A DNA stretch of 64,000 nucleotides from Porphyridium purpureum (GCA_008690995.1 VRMN01000002.1:1116001-1180000); one strand, 5' to 3'. Numbered from the stretch's first letter, positions 1 through 10,361 are shown. Notes: generated by a model from the sequence alone, not told the origin. Numbers and translations are program-made.

Positions 1-2
1 CA

Positions 3-1583
3 GTGATCACGTGCCGAGTCTCGCCCAAGCAAAAGGCCGACCTGGTGCGGTTAGTGCGCAAATATGACCCTTTGAAGGTATCACTAGCGATCGGCGACGG
101 CGCGAACGACGTGGGAATGATCCAGGCGGCACACGTCGGTATCGGATTGTACGGCAAGGAAGGCGTGGAGGCTGTGCTGGCGTCAGACTTTGCTATTGGT
201 CGCTTCCACTATCTGACGCGGCTCATTCTGGTGCATGGTCGCTGGTCCTTCAAACGCATGTCCAAAATGTCCATGGCCGTCATCTACAAGTCGATCTTCT
301 GGGTGATGCAGGACTTTTGGATGGGTTGGTTTTTGCAGTTTTCGTCGCAGCCTTTAGTGGACCCACTGCTCGCGGGCCTGTATAATGTGTTTCTTAGCTT
401 TCTGCCGGCATTCATGCTCGGTGTGTGGGACTACGATGTGCCACAAGACTATGCTCTCATGTTCCCGGAGATCTATCGAAAGGGCCATGCACGAACAGCG
501 TCCCGCTACGGCGTTTTTGTTTCGTGGTTTATTGCGGCGATTTGGCACTCTGCGCTTGTGTTCTTCTCGGTTCGCGCGACATTTGCCCTGCCGGCAAGTG
601 CTTCCATGAACCAGGGGCTCGATACCGGGCTGTTCGGTATGGGCTTTGTCATCGTGGGAGCAGTCATCTTTGTTCAACATTGCTACTTTGCGCTATTCGT
701 GGGCGCGTGGACGTGGTTCTTTTTGGCGTTGTATCTGGTTTCGTTCACAGCTTACTTTTACGCGGGTATTATCTTCTGTCTTCCGAGCGTGTCGGCGGCT
801 ATTTCGCCTGATGCCGACGGCATTGCGCAGTTTTTGTGGCAGCAGCCAAAACTTTATCTAGTCTGGTTTATTTTGCCCGTCATTGCATGTTTGCCATACT
901 TCACGTACCGGTTTCTCAAGAAGAACTTTAATCCGAGTCTCAAGCACTACGTGAACGAGTTGGCGCGTCGCGGCATCCGACTGCAGGATATCTTGCCAGA
1001 TGAAGAGACCGAACGCCAGCTCTCCAGGAAGCCGGAGAAGTCCAAGAAGCCCAACATTACGCGTCGCGGCTTGGATTTTGCATACTCCGGGTACAACTTC
1101 GAGGCGGACGATACGGGTGCAATGCTTCGCACGGCGTTCAGACCAGACTATCGCAGGATCCAGATGCGTCATCTCAAGCGCTCAGGCTCGGATACTGAGT
1201 TGGACGTGATGGGTGTGAAGAGCAAGGGCATGGTAAGCATGGAAACTAAGCACCGCCGTGCGAGATCGGACGCGGCGACGCTTCGCAATGCGCGCTACGG
1301 TGGTGCGCAGGAGCCCGCGGAGGTGGTAACAGATGCGCAGATCAAAGCCGCAATAATGGCAGTGGAAGCTGGATACAGACCGGATTTTGGCGGCGGAACA
1401 GGGGGTAATGCAGTAGGCGTGGATCAGGCTGGCGGCCGGGGAGAACTGCGTTTCAACGTGGGAGGCGAAAATGCGGACAATAACTTAGTCGCTGGCTTGA
1501 AGGATACTAACAACCGCCGGCGGCGCGCTCCGCCACCTGGTGAGCGCAAGGTGCAGTTCGGCGGCAGTGCCGAAGCGCCTTGA
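3..1583 (+). CDS. P4-type ATPase (phospholipid flippase), C-terminal part; 5' end lies outside the window
   Basis: CRVSPKQKA, LAIGDGANDVGMIQAAHVGIG, ASDFAIGRF and LVHGRW are P4-ATPase motifs; C-terminal TM helices follow. Confidence 0.93.
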   Translation: MITCRVSPKQKADLVRLVRKYDPLKVSLAIGDGANDVGMIQAAHVGIGLYGKEGVEAVLASDFAIGRFHYLTRLILVHGRWSFKRMSKMSMAVIYKSIFWVMQDFWMGWFLQFSSQPLVDPLLAGLYNVFLSFLPAFMLGVWDYDVPQDYALMFPEIYRKGHARTASRYGVFVSWFIAAIWHSALVFFSVRATFALPASASMNQGLDTGLFGMGFVIVGAVIFVQHCYFALFVGAWTWFFLALYLVSFTAYFYAGIIFCLPSVSAAISPDADGIAQFLWQQPKLYLVWFILPVIACLPYFTYRFLKKNFNPSLKHYVNELARRGIRLQDILPDEETERQLSRKPEKSKKPNITRRGLDFAYSGYNFEADDTGAMLRTAFRPDYRRIQMRHLKRSGSDTELDVMGVKSKGMVSMETKHRRARSDAATLRNARYGGAQEPAEVVTDAQIKAAIMAVEAGYRPDFGGGTGGNAVGVDQAGGRGELRFNVGGENADNNLVAGLKDTNNRRRRAPPPGERKVQFGGSAEAP

Positions 1584-2525
1584 GAACATTTGGGAGCAGG
1601 AACGGAGCATGGCTGGCCAAGCAATGTCATTCAGGGTTCGTTGACACCTGTGTAGATCAGATAATAAGTGATGCATTTTATACTTATAATGTAAATCTTC
1701 TTCTTGCGGTCCGCTTCTGGAGCCGCGCCCGCCTTCGCCGCGCTGCGACTTGGACAATGCAATCCCGTCAGCTAGGTCACATCCTCGTTCGACCTGTGTA
1801 CCGCGGACTCTGTCATTTGCAACTGTGATGGACCGGCTCAACGCAAGAAAGGAAGGGCGTTTTCAGATGCCGATATCTTTGAGGCCCTTTTGAAGCAGTG
1901 ATGGACTTCAGCAACGTGATTAACTTTCCCCAGAAGAACCAAAACGTCTGCTGCTACGGAGCCGAGCAGTATGAGAAAGACTGTGAAGAAAAATAGAAAT
2001 GAAAAACTACTCAATGTGCTCAAAGCTCGGATGACAACGGGCTGCATGCACAACTATCGCGCGCTATTGTTTCGTCGGCGTGACCCGGCGCAGCATTGTG
2101 GAACGGAGCTGTCGTGGCTAAAAAAGATACCAAGAGCCGGAACGCGCGAGTGAGCTGCTGAGTCGCCGAAATTTACAAAGATGAGCGTCTTGAGAAGCGC
2201 ATTTTCCCCCAATAAAGCGTCATCTGGAAATCGAGATGCTTCCTCGTCGACTCGGCGTGACTCGACTATTTGTGTGTCGCCAGCATCGGGCAACGGATGT
2301 CAGATGAGCCTCCCGCGGTTGATGGTAAACTAAGCGTCTGCAGGCTTCTCTGGCAAGTGACCAGCAAAAGGGAGACAGGGTCATGAAATAAGGAAAGGCG
2401 AGGCAAATTCGCCCACGAGCGCGCTGCTTCGTTGCATGAACTCGCAGACGGAACAAGGCAGTCGCGGTCGTACAAGCGCGGGCTACATGCATCTGTATTC
2501 CCGCACCAGTTCCGATGAAGTTCCG

Positions 2526-2558
2526 TTTAGGGTTTCAAATTAGGGTAACATAGGGTTT
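2526..2558. promoter_or_regulatory. Cluster of telo-box-like motifs (TAGGGTTT) upstream of SmB
   Basis: tttagggttt at 2526, ttagggt at 2540, tagggttt at 2551, about 115-145 nt before the SmB ATG. Confidence 0.4.
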
Positions 2559-2671
2559 CTCAATTTTGTCGCGGGCGAAACGCTTGCGTGCGGAAGAAGG
2601 CGGCGGCGGTGCGCGAACGGGAGCAGGGCTGGCTTTACGGTGCGGTCGTTTCGGAAGTGGCGCGCCGAGAC

Positions 2672-3577
2672 ATGGCGTCCGGCGCGACGCGGTCAAACCG
2701 CATGTTGCAGTATGTGAACTACCGCATGAAAGTGGGTGTGGATGACGGGCGTGTGCTCGTGGGACGGTTTGTGGCGTTCGACAAGCATATGAACCTCGTG
2801 CTGGCAGACGTGGAGGAGATCCGCGTGGTCAAGCGGAAGCGGCGCGCTGGAAAGAGTGTACATGATCGTCCGAATGATGATACAGACGATCAAGAGACAG
2901 ATCAGAATGGCCAGAAGATCGAGCGACGTGCGCTTGGCCTGGTGCTGCTTCGCGGCGAGTGCGTGGTGTCACTGACGGTTGAATCGCCGCCACCAAAGAT
3001 CGACGCGCGGAAGTCGGCATCGGCAAAATCTGCGGCGAGTGCTGCGACAGCAGCGGGCTCCCGAGCATCTGATCTCCCGGGCACCGCAGCCACGATAGGA
3101 AGGGGTAAAGCGCCGCTTGTCGGCAGTGCTGGCAATTTGTCGGGTGCTCCCGTGCGCGGCGTGGTGCCAGCGGTACCACAAGTCAGTGTCCCACCGCAGA
3201 TGTATCCGGGCATGCCCCGGCCGCCACCCGGGAGCGCAACGTTTGCACCTGGAATGCCGATGCCGATGTCGATGCCATTTCCTGGCCCCATGTCATTACC
3301 AATGGGGATGCCCATGCTTCCGCCAGGAGTCCCGCCGCCGCAAATGGGTTTACCTGGGCACATGCCACAGTCATTCATGTTCCCAAGCGGCATGCCGTTG
3401 CCGCTTCATCCACCAGGTGTCCAACCTGGTGTTCCCGGAATGCAAATACCTGGCGTTTCGCCGCCTGGCCGACCGCTTGCTCCCTCTGCTTCCGGGCCAC
3501 AAGACGGTAGCGCTTCAGTTCAGGGTAGCGGCAAGCCGCAGTCGCGGCCGCCGCCGCCACCGCCGCCGTCCTCGTAG
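2672..3577 (+). CDS. SNRPB: Small nuclear ribonucleoprotein SmB/B'
   Basis: Sm fold (MLQYVNYRM..DGRVLVGRFVAFDKHMNLVLAD.EE, RALGLVLLRGE..VSLTVE) plus a long Pro/Gly/Met-rich tail; start set at first ATG. Confidence 0.93.
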   Translation: MASGATRSNRMLQYVNYRMKVGVDDGRVLVGRFVAFDKHMNLVLADVEEIRVVKRKRRAGKSVHDRPNDDTDDQETDQNGQKIERRALGLVLLRGECVVSLTVESPPPKIDARKSASAKSAASAATAAGSRASDLPGTAATIGRGKAPLVGSAGNLSGAPVRGVVPAVPQVSVPPQMYPGMPRPPPGSATFAPGMPMPMSMPFPGPMSLPMGMPMLPPGVPPPQMGLPGHMPQSFMFPSGMPLPLHPPGVQPGVPGMQIPGVSPPGRPLAPSASGPQDGSASVQGSGKPQSRPPPPPPPSS

Positions 3578-3692
3578 GGCTAGGTAGAAGGGTCAGTGTA
3601 TGTACTAATCGCCTTCTAGCGCGAAGGTCTCGACCGACTAACATGAAAGAACATCACATGTAAGACTTTATTGGCTCACACGCGTTTCTTTC

Positions 3693-5099
3693 TCAAGTGG
3701 CGACATCCTTTAACCGGTTTAGAGCCCATTGGGCGTGCTCTTGAACAAGCGGACGCGCGTCATCTGCCGCAAGCTCGGACAGCGCTGACACAACTTCCTC
3801 GACGGATTCTTTCATTTCCTGTGTCCTGGACATCTTTGTTATATTACCAGCCGCTACGCACGCGTTGCGTTGCAGCCGCTCGCGCCCAATCCTCTTAATT
3901 GCTGTGCCTGCAAATCGTTCCTCAAATTCCGCATCCGTCCTACACTTCAAAATGGATACCAAACTCGGCGCCGTTACCTCATCTCTGACCTGTCCGAATA
4001 GCGGGCTCGCACTTGCTTCCTTCTGCTCCTTTGGCTGCCAATCAAATGCATTGTAGGGACATACTTGTTGACAAATGTCGCAACCGTAGATGCGATTTCC
4101 CATCAACCCTCTCAACGGTTCGGGAATACTTCCTTTCAACTCAATGGTCAAGTAACTGATGCAGCGCCGTGCGTCGAGCACGTACGGCTCGCTAAAAGCG
4201 TTTGTGGGACACTTTGTCTGGCACAACGTACATCTCCCGCACGGCGACTTCTTCTTCACTGTCTCCGTAGAAGTGTGTTCGGTCTCTGCGCTACCATTCT
4301 TTCTGGAAGGAAACAGATACTGTGTGCTTTCGTCCGGCGGAATGGGCAGCGTGGACAAAATCTCGCCGAGAAAGAAACCCGAGCCATGCTTTCGATCAAT
4401 CAGCATGGTGTTCTTTCCCGTAAATCCGAGTCCAGCGCGCTCGGCTAGATCTCGCTCTAACACTGCGCCAGTGTCCACGTAGTACTTGCCTGTGCCCCCG
4501 CCGGCCTTGGTGTGCGCATACAGAGCCAACGCCTCTAGTTTACCGTTGAGAATGTCATGGTAATCAGGGCCCCACGCATAGCACGACACCGCGCCGTGCA
4601 ATTCACTCTGCTGCGGCTTGAAAGCACTTCGGCCAGGCCAGTACCACAGCCCGACCGAAATGATGCTCTGCACATGCGGCAGAACGCGTTCCAAGTGCTC
4701 GCGTCGCTCGACTCGGTCTGCCCGTGCAAGGTACGCCATTTCGCCGTGCATCCCGGCTTCAATCCAGCGTTTGTAGCGGTCAATTCGCGAACCGTGCGCG
4801 TGCGCGTGCGCACTGCTGACGCCCACGCGAGTCACTCCCAACTCAGTGCTCGCGTACGACCTGACATCATCTTTGAACGCATTCCATGCCTCCAGACCCC
4901 ATGTCTCGCTCGCAGAGCCAGGAGCATCATTCTCTCGAGATCTCGCAGACGCCTCTACGCGCACGACGTTCGCATCGCGCTTGAATTTCTTCTTCGCACC
5001 GTCGTGCTTGCGGGAAACTTTTTCAGTATTCGGGCGCTCAGCGACTGCGCAGTGGCCGCGCGCACAGACACGCGTCATCCATGCGCGAGTGCTCATCAT
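3693..5099 (-). CDS. queG: Epoxyqueuosine reductase QueG-like protein (cobalamin and 2x[4Fe-4S]) with an N-terminal extension
   Basis: YAWGPDYH, YVDTGAVLERDLAERAGLGFTGKN, CGRCTLCQTKCPT, LDARRCISYLTIE, YGCDICQQVCPYN and a HEAT-like C-terminal end (VQEHAQWAL). Confidence 0.88.
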   Translation of the reverse strand: MMSTRAWMTRVCARGHCAVAERPNTEKVSRKHDGAKKKFKRDANVVRVEASARSRENDAPGSASETWGLEAWNAFKDDVRSYASTELGVTRVGVSSAHAHAHGSRIDRYKRWIEAGMHGEMAYLARADRVERREHLERVLPHVQSIISVGLWYWPGRSAFKPQQSELHGAVSCYAWGPDYHDILNGKLEALALYAHTKAGGGTGKYYVDTGAVLERDLAERAGLGFTGKNTMLIDRKHGSGFFLGEILSTLPIPPDESTQYLFPSRKNGSAETEHTSTETVKKKSPCGRCTLCQTKCPTNAFSEPYVLDARRCISYLTIELKGSIPEPLRGLMGNRIYGCDICQQVCPYNAFDWQPKEQKEASASPLFGQVRDEVTAPSLVSILKCRTDAEFEERFAGTAIKRIGRERLQRNACVAAGNITKMSRTQEMKESVEEVVSALSELAADDARPLVQEHAQWALNRLKDVAT

Positions 5100-5111
5100 T
5101 TACGAATTTTC

Positions 5112-7532
5112 ATGCAAGACTCTTCCATTGACGCGCCGCCGGGCAAGCGAGCGCGCACTGGACACGCAGAGACAGCCCGGACGCCGACGGACAAGGAGCC
5201 GCCAGTGGCCACGACCTCAGCAAGTGCATCCAGCCTGCGTGACGTCCAGTATGGAACGAAGAAAGATTACGGATTCGTGCACGAAGTTGTTCGTCAGGGC
5301 GTGAGCGGTATGAATGTGCCGTCGGTGCTGCCTTCGGCGAAACCGCAGGAGACATTGCAGGAACGAAAAGGTCTCTCTCAGAATGACGCGGCGCTCGCGT
5401 TCGACGTGAAGAGTGAGTTGGACCAAATACCAGGGTGCCAGGATGGGACGCTGTTTTCTGAGCAGTCGGCGCAGCGGACGGCACTACTTTCGGACGCAGC
5501 TTCGCTGCCAATCGCTGCGTACCGCTCGGAGCTCATGTCACTGATTGAAGCGAACCCCGTAGTGATTGTCGTCGGCGAGACCGGGTCGGGAAAATCAACC
5601 CAAATTCCGCAGTTTTTGCTGGACTCCGGACGATACAAGAGAGTTGCTGTGACACAGCCGCGACGCGTCGCTGCCATGTCCCTGGCGGCACGAGTAGCGC
5701 TTGAGCGTGGCGTCCGTCTCGGGGCCGAGGTTGGGTTCGCAGTTCGCTTTGAGAGCAAGTGTCGAGCCGATACGTGCTTGAAGTTCATGACCGACGGTGT
5801 CCTCTTCCGCGAAATCGTTGGAGATGCAGAGCTGGGAGCGTATGATGTGGTCATTGTGGATGAAGCGCACGAACGGTCGCTGGCGACCGACCTGTTGCTC
5901 GCATTAATCAAGGACTTGGTCAAGTTCCGCTGGGACGCGCGGCGAAATGGCGAATCCCGCGCGACCAAGTTACGACTCGTCGTGAGCTCGGCTACGCTGA
6001 ATGCCGAGCTGTTTCAGCGATACTTTGACAATGCACCATTGGTGCAAATTCCAGGGCGGCGTTTCCCCGTGGATGTTTTGTACGCTAAGGAACCGCAGCC
6101 GGATTATGTTGCTGCGGCCGTGCGCACTGCCTTGCACATACATGCCTCCATGCCGTTGCCCGGCGATGTCCTGATATTTTTGAGTGGTCAGAACGAGATC
6201 GAAGCCGCGGCGGCTGAGCTCAAGGAGGTGCAGCGCGCAGCTGGAACGGCACTGCGTGAGATGATTATCACGCCAGTGTACTCTGCGCTTCCCTCGGAGC
6301 AGCAGGCGCTAATTTTTGCGCGCACACCGCCGAATGCGCGCAAGATCGTGATCGCCACGAACATAGCAGAGACAAGTGTAACCATTGACGGGATTGTGTA
6401 CGTCATTGACTGCGGGTTGACCAAAGTCAAGACCTTTCAGCCAAAAACACGAGTCGAAAGCCTGCAAGTGGCGGTCGCGAGCCAGGCGGCTGCAACGCAG
6501 CGTGCCGGACGTGCCGGAAGGACGCAGGCAGGTGTGTGTTTCCGACTGTACACAAAGTGGAGCTTTGAGAACGAAATGCCTCCACAGTCATTGTCAGAGA
6601 TGTCGCGCAGTGAACTCAGCGCCATGGTGCTGATGCTCAAAACGCTCGGCATAGACGATCTCGTGCATTTTGATTTTCTCGAGCCGCCTCCTACCGATGC
6701 TCTTGTCGCTGCCCTCGAACTCTTGTTCTCGCTTCGGGCGCTCAACGCCACTGGCGAGCTCACGGAGAAGGGCACAAAACTGGCAGAGCTTCCGATCGAC
6801 GTGCGCTTAGGTAGCGCTGTACTTGCGTCAGACCGGTTGGGCTGCTCTTTGGACATGTGCAAGTTGGCGGCTGTGTTGACTGTGAGCAGCTCGGGCTCGT
6901 CCGGGAGCGGCACTTTCTTCGTCGTGCCTCACCGAGACAGCGATGCAGAGCAGGGAAGAAAAAAAATGGCCGTGGCAAGCTCGATGAAACGCGCATTTGA
7001 AGCGGGTGGCCGCATAGGGTTTGGTGGTGATCCGATCGCGCTGCTTAACGTTTACAGCCAGTGGGAAGCCTCTGGATACTCGTCGCAGTGGTGTTTTGAT
7101 CATTTCGTGCACGCGCGCTCACTTCGCCGTGCTCGGGACGTTTTCAAGCAGCTGCACGAGATTGTTTCTAAGAAATTGCAGATTCAAAGCGAAACGGGGA
7201 TCGAATCTAATAGTCCACCGTCTTCAGTGGTGCTGCGAAAGGCGCTGTGCTGCGGTTACTTCCCGCATGCGTGTAGATTGCAGCGTAATGGCGAGTATCA
7301 AACGCTAGGTGGAGCAAAGCGAACGGTGCATATCCATCCGTCCAGTGCATTGTACAAAGCAGAGCAGCCGCCAACCTGGATTTGTTACTACGAACTTCTC
7401 CATACGACCAAACTTTTCGTGCGAGGCGTCTTTCAGGTCGAGGTAAAATGGCTGCAGACAGTGGCCCCGCATGTCTTTGCGGAAGCTCTTATGCAGGACA
7501 CGCCAAAGCGGCACTTGTCAAGCCGGCCGTGA
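5112..7532 (+). CDS. Pre-mRNA splicing DEAH-box RNA helicase, DHX16/Prp2-like
   Basis: GETGSGKSTQ, TQPRRVAA, DEAHER, SAT, TNIAETS, QRAGRAGR, then HA2 and OB-like regions; the ORF-track extension to 4557 overlaps queG and was not used. Confidence 0.92.
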   Translation: MQDSSIDAPPGKRARTGHAETARTPTDKEPPVATTSASASSLRDVQYGTKKDYGFVHEVVRQGVSGMNVPSVLPSAKPQETLQERKGLSQNDAALAFDVKSELDQIPGCQDGTLFSEQSAQRTALLSDAASLPIAAYRSELMSLIEANPVVIVVGETGSGKSTQIPQFLLDSGRYKRVAVTQPRRVAAMSLAARVALERGVRLGAEVGFAVRFESKCRADTCLKFMTDGVLFREIVGDAELGAYDVVIVDEAHERSLATDLLLALIKDLVKFRWDARRNGESRATKLRLVVSSATLNAELFQRYFDNAPLVQIPGRRFPVDVLYAKEPQPDYVAAAVRTALHIHASMPLPGDVLIFLSGQNEIEAAAAELKEVQRAAGTALREMIITPVYSALPSEQQALIFARTPPNARKIVIATNIAETSVTIDGIVYVIDCGLTKVKTFQPKTRVESLQVAVASQAAATQRAGRAGRTQAGVCFRLYTKWSFENEMPPQSLSEMSRSELSAMVLMLKTLGIDDLVHFDFLEPPPTDALVAALELLFSLRALNATGELTEKGTKLAELPIDVRLGSAVLASDRLGCSLDMCKLAAVLTVSSSGSSGSGTFFVVPHRDSDAEQGRKKMAVASSMKRAFEAGGRIGFGGDPIALLNVYSQWEASGYSSQWCFDHFVHARSLRRARDVFKQLHEIVSKKLQIQSETGIESNSPPSSVVLRKALCCGYFPHACRLQRNGEYQTLGGAKRTVHIHPSSALYKAEQPPTWICYYELLHTTKLFVRGVFQVEVKWLQTVAPHVFAEALMQDTPKRHLSSRP

Positions 7533-7678
7533 GTGTGGCTTATCGGCATGCAGAAACCTGCGGAGTTCGGACGGAACATGTGACGAGCTGATTTGGTGAC
7601 AAGAATGACATCGGTTTTCAGAACACATGTTCGTGCTAGAGATCTCTGTCCAGAAGGGCGATCTAGAGCTACATTTCT

Positions 7679-9061
7679 TTAGTGCGATCTCTGCAAGACG
7701 TGGTTGGCCAGGTTGACAAGTCCGGATCGATATTCGGAAGGCGGAAACGCTTCGCACAGAGCGACAACAGCGTCCGTCGCATAAGCATGCGCAAGTTGCA
7801 TTGTCTTTGGCACGCCGTCAAACTGCAGCACAGCGTCAAATGCTGCATTCACATCGCCTTCACCGCGGTACTTTCTTTGCATCGCCTGCCGGATGAACGG
7901 CGCGCGCTCCATGGCAAACAGCACGGGCGCTGTGGTCAGTCCCGCTCGCAAGTCCGCACCTGCGGATGGTTTGCCGAAAACTGTGCTCGAAGAGGCAAAG
8001 TCTAGTGCGTCATCAACGAGTTGGAACGCCATTCCGAGCTTCTCTCCGTACAAATAAGCCGCCTCGCGCAGTTTTGGGAAACGGTTGCTTCCTTGTTCAT
8101 CAAGCAGCATGATGCTCGCTTTGCACGAGTGAGCCATGAGCGAGGCTGTCTTGAAGTAGGTCTTGGATAAGTATGCCTGCATGAGTGCGTCAGCCGAAGC
8201 CTGCTCAGACTGCTGTGCGGCATGGTGCATTTGAAGCACTTCGCCGCATACGAGGTGCTCGATCACACTGGACAAGGTTTCAACAACATCGCAGTCTCTT
8301 AATCTGGCGAGCGCCATGGATGCGCGAGCAAGTAAAAAGTCCCCCGCAAGCACGGCGAGCTGGTTACCGAACGCAACATTAGCACTCGCTGCGCCGCGCC
8401 GTGTGTCTGCCACGTCGATGACGTCGTCGTGAAGCACCGAGGCAACATGAATCATCTCTGTGATCTCGGCCAGCTTCAGCTGCCTTGCGAATAAAGCGCT
8501 ATCGCGATGCTCTGCTCCAGTCGCTTCACTACATTGACGCATCTGTGATGCGTCCGAGTGCGGGGCGGCGCCAGAGTCCATGATACCCGTTGCAGGAGAC
8601 CCTGGCGCGGCTGCAGCGTGGGCCAGGAGTAACACCATAGTGGGTCGCATGCGCTTCCCTTGTTTCGCAAAGAAGTACGAGGCCGCGGCATTCAGAACCG
8701 GGTGGTCCGCGCCAAGACTCACAGAGTGCCTGACGGAGTCAGCCATGCGCTGCAGATCCGGCTGGACCAACTCGAACGGTTGCGCCGAGGTATCAAACTC
8801 AAACTCTCGTGGCAGGGTTGATCCGACTCGGAACTGGCTAGCTTCTCTTAACCTTTCATCCGGAACCGCTCGCAGCGCGGACGGCGAGCTGACGGACTCG
8901 GCGCCGGCCGCGGCGGCAGCTGCGGCATCCCATGTCATCGCAGCCAGCGCGCGCTGCATCGGCCACGACGAGCTCCATGACGACACGCTCCTGCGCAGCT
9001 GCTTGTGCCGCTGCTGCCGCAGCACGCGCATCAGCAGCGTGCCACTGCCACCGCTTGACAT
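7679..9061 (-). CDS. Long-chain trans-polyprenyl diphosphate synthase (solanesyl/decaprenyl, COQ1/PDSS1-like), probably with a mitochondrial presequence
   Basis: GKRMRP, EMIHVASVLHDDVID (FARM), RRG, LAGDFLLARAS, KTASL, FQLVDDALD (SARM). Confidence 0.92.
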   Translation of the reverse strand: MSSGGSGTLLMRVLRQQRHKQLRRSVSSWSSSWPMQRALAAMTWDAAAAAAAGAESVSSPSALRAVPDERLREASQFRVGSTLPREFEFDTSAQPFELVQPDLQRMADSVRHSVSLGADHPVLNAAASYFFAKQGKRMRPTMVLLLAHAAAAPGSPATGIMDSGAAPHSDASQMRQCSEATGAEHRDSALFARQLKLAEITEMIHVASVLHDDVIDVADTRRGAASANVAFGNQLAVLAGDFLLARASMALARLRDCDVVETLSSVIEHLVCGEVLQMHHAAQQSEQASADALMQAYLSKTYFKTASLMAHSCKASIMLLDEQGSNRFPKLREAAYLYGEKLGMAFQLVDDALDFASSSTVFGKPSAGADLRAGLTTAPVLFAMERAPFIRQAMQRKYRGEGDVNAAFDAVLQFDGVPKTMQLAHAYATDAVVALCEAFPPSEYRSGLVNLANHVLQRSH

Positions 9062-9248
9062 ACCTAAACGACCCGCTCGCTTCCGCAACTCTGGTAGGCG
9101 CTGGAGGCGACGGAGACTTGCGCTTGTGCCTCCGCATACGATGGGCTCGCAACCATGGAAAGGAGTGGTGGAGTTCGAGTCGTTAAACCGGATCCACGGC
9201 GTTCCTAATAAAAACCACATCGTTTTATATGAACCATACTAGGGTTTC

Positions 9249-10361
9249 TCAGACCCGTACGACAAGCTTGTTGGCCAACGCCAGCGCGTGGTGGAGCCAC
9301 AGCGGCGTGTGTTTGTGAAGCAGCGGGCCTAGTAGAGAAAGCTTGACCCAAGGAACAGAGAACAGCCAGCGCTCGACGGCTAGCAGCGCATGCGCCGCGC
9401 GCGGAAGCACCACGGCATTGTACGTGGAAACGTGCACGCCATTCACCACAATATCTCCCGACGCCGTGTGCGGGTTGAACAACCCCTTTGCAGTCACACT
9501 GTGCGTAACCTTGACCACGTGAGCGCGAAGCGCCGAGCGGTCAGAGCCGCTGTCTGACATGACGGTCATCTCGTCTCCCACGCGAATGTGATGCGCTGCC
9601 ACGAGGCTGCCGCCATTCACGTACGCCAGATGATTCCGACTCAATGTGATTTCAGCCCCAGACGATAAGTCAATGCGCACGTACCGGTCCGACACAGCCA
9701 GCGGATCCTTATGACCCCAAAACACAACCGGGGAGAATACCTGCTCAATCGCTTCCTCATCGGTGCTTTGCTGGGCGCCGTTGGCGACAGCGCGCACGAG
9801 GACGCGGTCTCCCACCGCAAGTTCGGCCATGCTCTTGATCTGACCGCTCTCCAACTGCACTCGTGCTGAACCCGGAAAGCAATCCTCGGCCGCCGCTGGC
9901 GGGTCTGTCTCGAGAACGCAATTCACTTCGGTGAACTTGACGGACTCTGCCTGGTTCACTGGGGACCTGCTATCCTCCAGATTATAGCACGTATCGGAGC
10001 TAACCTCAGTCTCACCTGTAAGGATGAAGCCCGTGAGTTCGGGATCACCGTCACAATCCGTGTTTCTCCACACTGTGAAGTACAAACGGAGGCGATTCAT
10101 ACTTGCAGAGGTTCCCGAGCACGATACATCCCACTCATACGACTTGCTGATATTCTCGTCGAACAAACACGTCATCGATTTCGGCGTCTCACAAAGCTCG
10201 GCGCCCGTGCAGTTCTCGCCACTGTACAAACACCACGAAAACGTGGTTCCCTGCGCATGCACCGGACTTCCCACCAACGCCACCATCGACAGCAGCAGCA
10301 GCGTCAGCAACAGCGGTGGCAGCGGCGAGACCGCCGGACCGTAACCTGTACGCGCTCCCAT
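9249..10361 (-). CDS. Secreted protein with a Cys-rich N-terminal domain and a C-terminal Hedgehog-type Hint (Hog) domain
   Basis: Signal peptide LLLTLLLLSMVALVGSPVHA; Hint starts D|CFPGSARVQLESG (Cys codon 9881-9879), then MAELAVGDRV, TLSRNH, GLFNPHTASGDIVVNGVHVSTY and an SRR-like tail AAHALLAVER. Confidence 0.88.
   Translation of the reverse strand: MGARTGYGPAVSPLPPLLLTLLLLSMVALVGSPVHAQGTTFSWCLYSGENCTGAELCETPKSMTCLFDENISKSYEWDVSCSGTSASMNRLRLYFTVWRNTDCDGDPELTGFILTGETEVSSDTCYNLEDSRSPVNQAESVKFTEVNCVLETDPPAAAEDCFPGSARVQLESGQIKSMAELAVGDRVLVRAVANGAQQSTDEEAIEQVFSPVVFWGHKDPLAVSDRYVRIDLSSGAEITLSRNHLAYVNGGSLVAAHHIRVGDEMTVMSDSGSDRSALRAHVVKVTHSVTAKGLFNPHTASGDIVVNGVHVSTYNAVVLPRAAHALLAVERWLFSVPWVKLSLLGPLLHKHTPLWLHHALALANKLVVRV

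Noticed and set aside
4557..5111. 185-aa N-terminal extension of the helicase ORF in the track
   Set aside because: It begins at a non-ATG codon and lies antisense to conserved queG coding sequence, so it is a shadow frame
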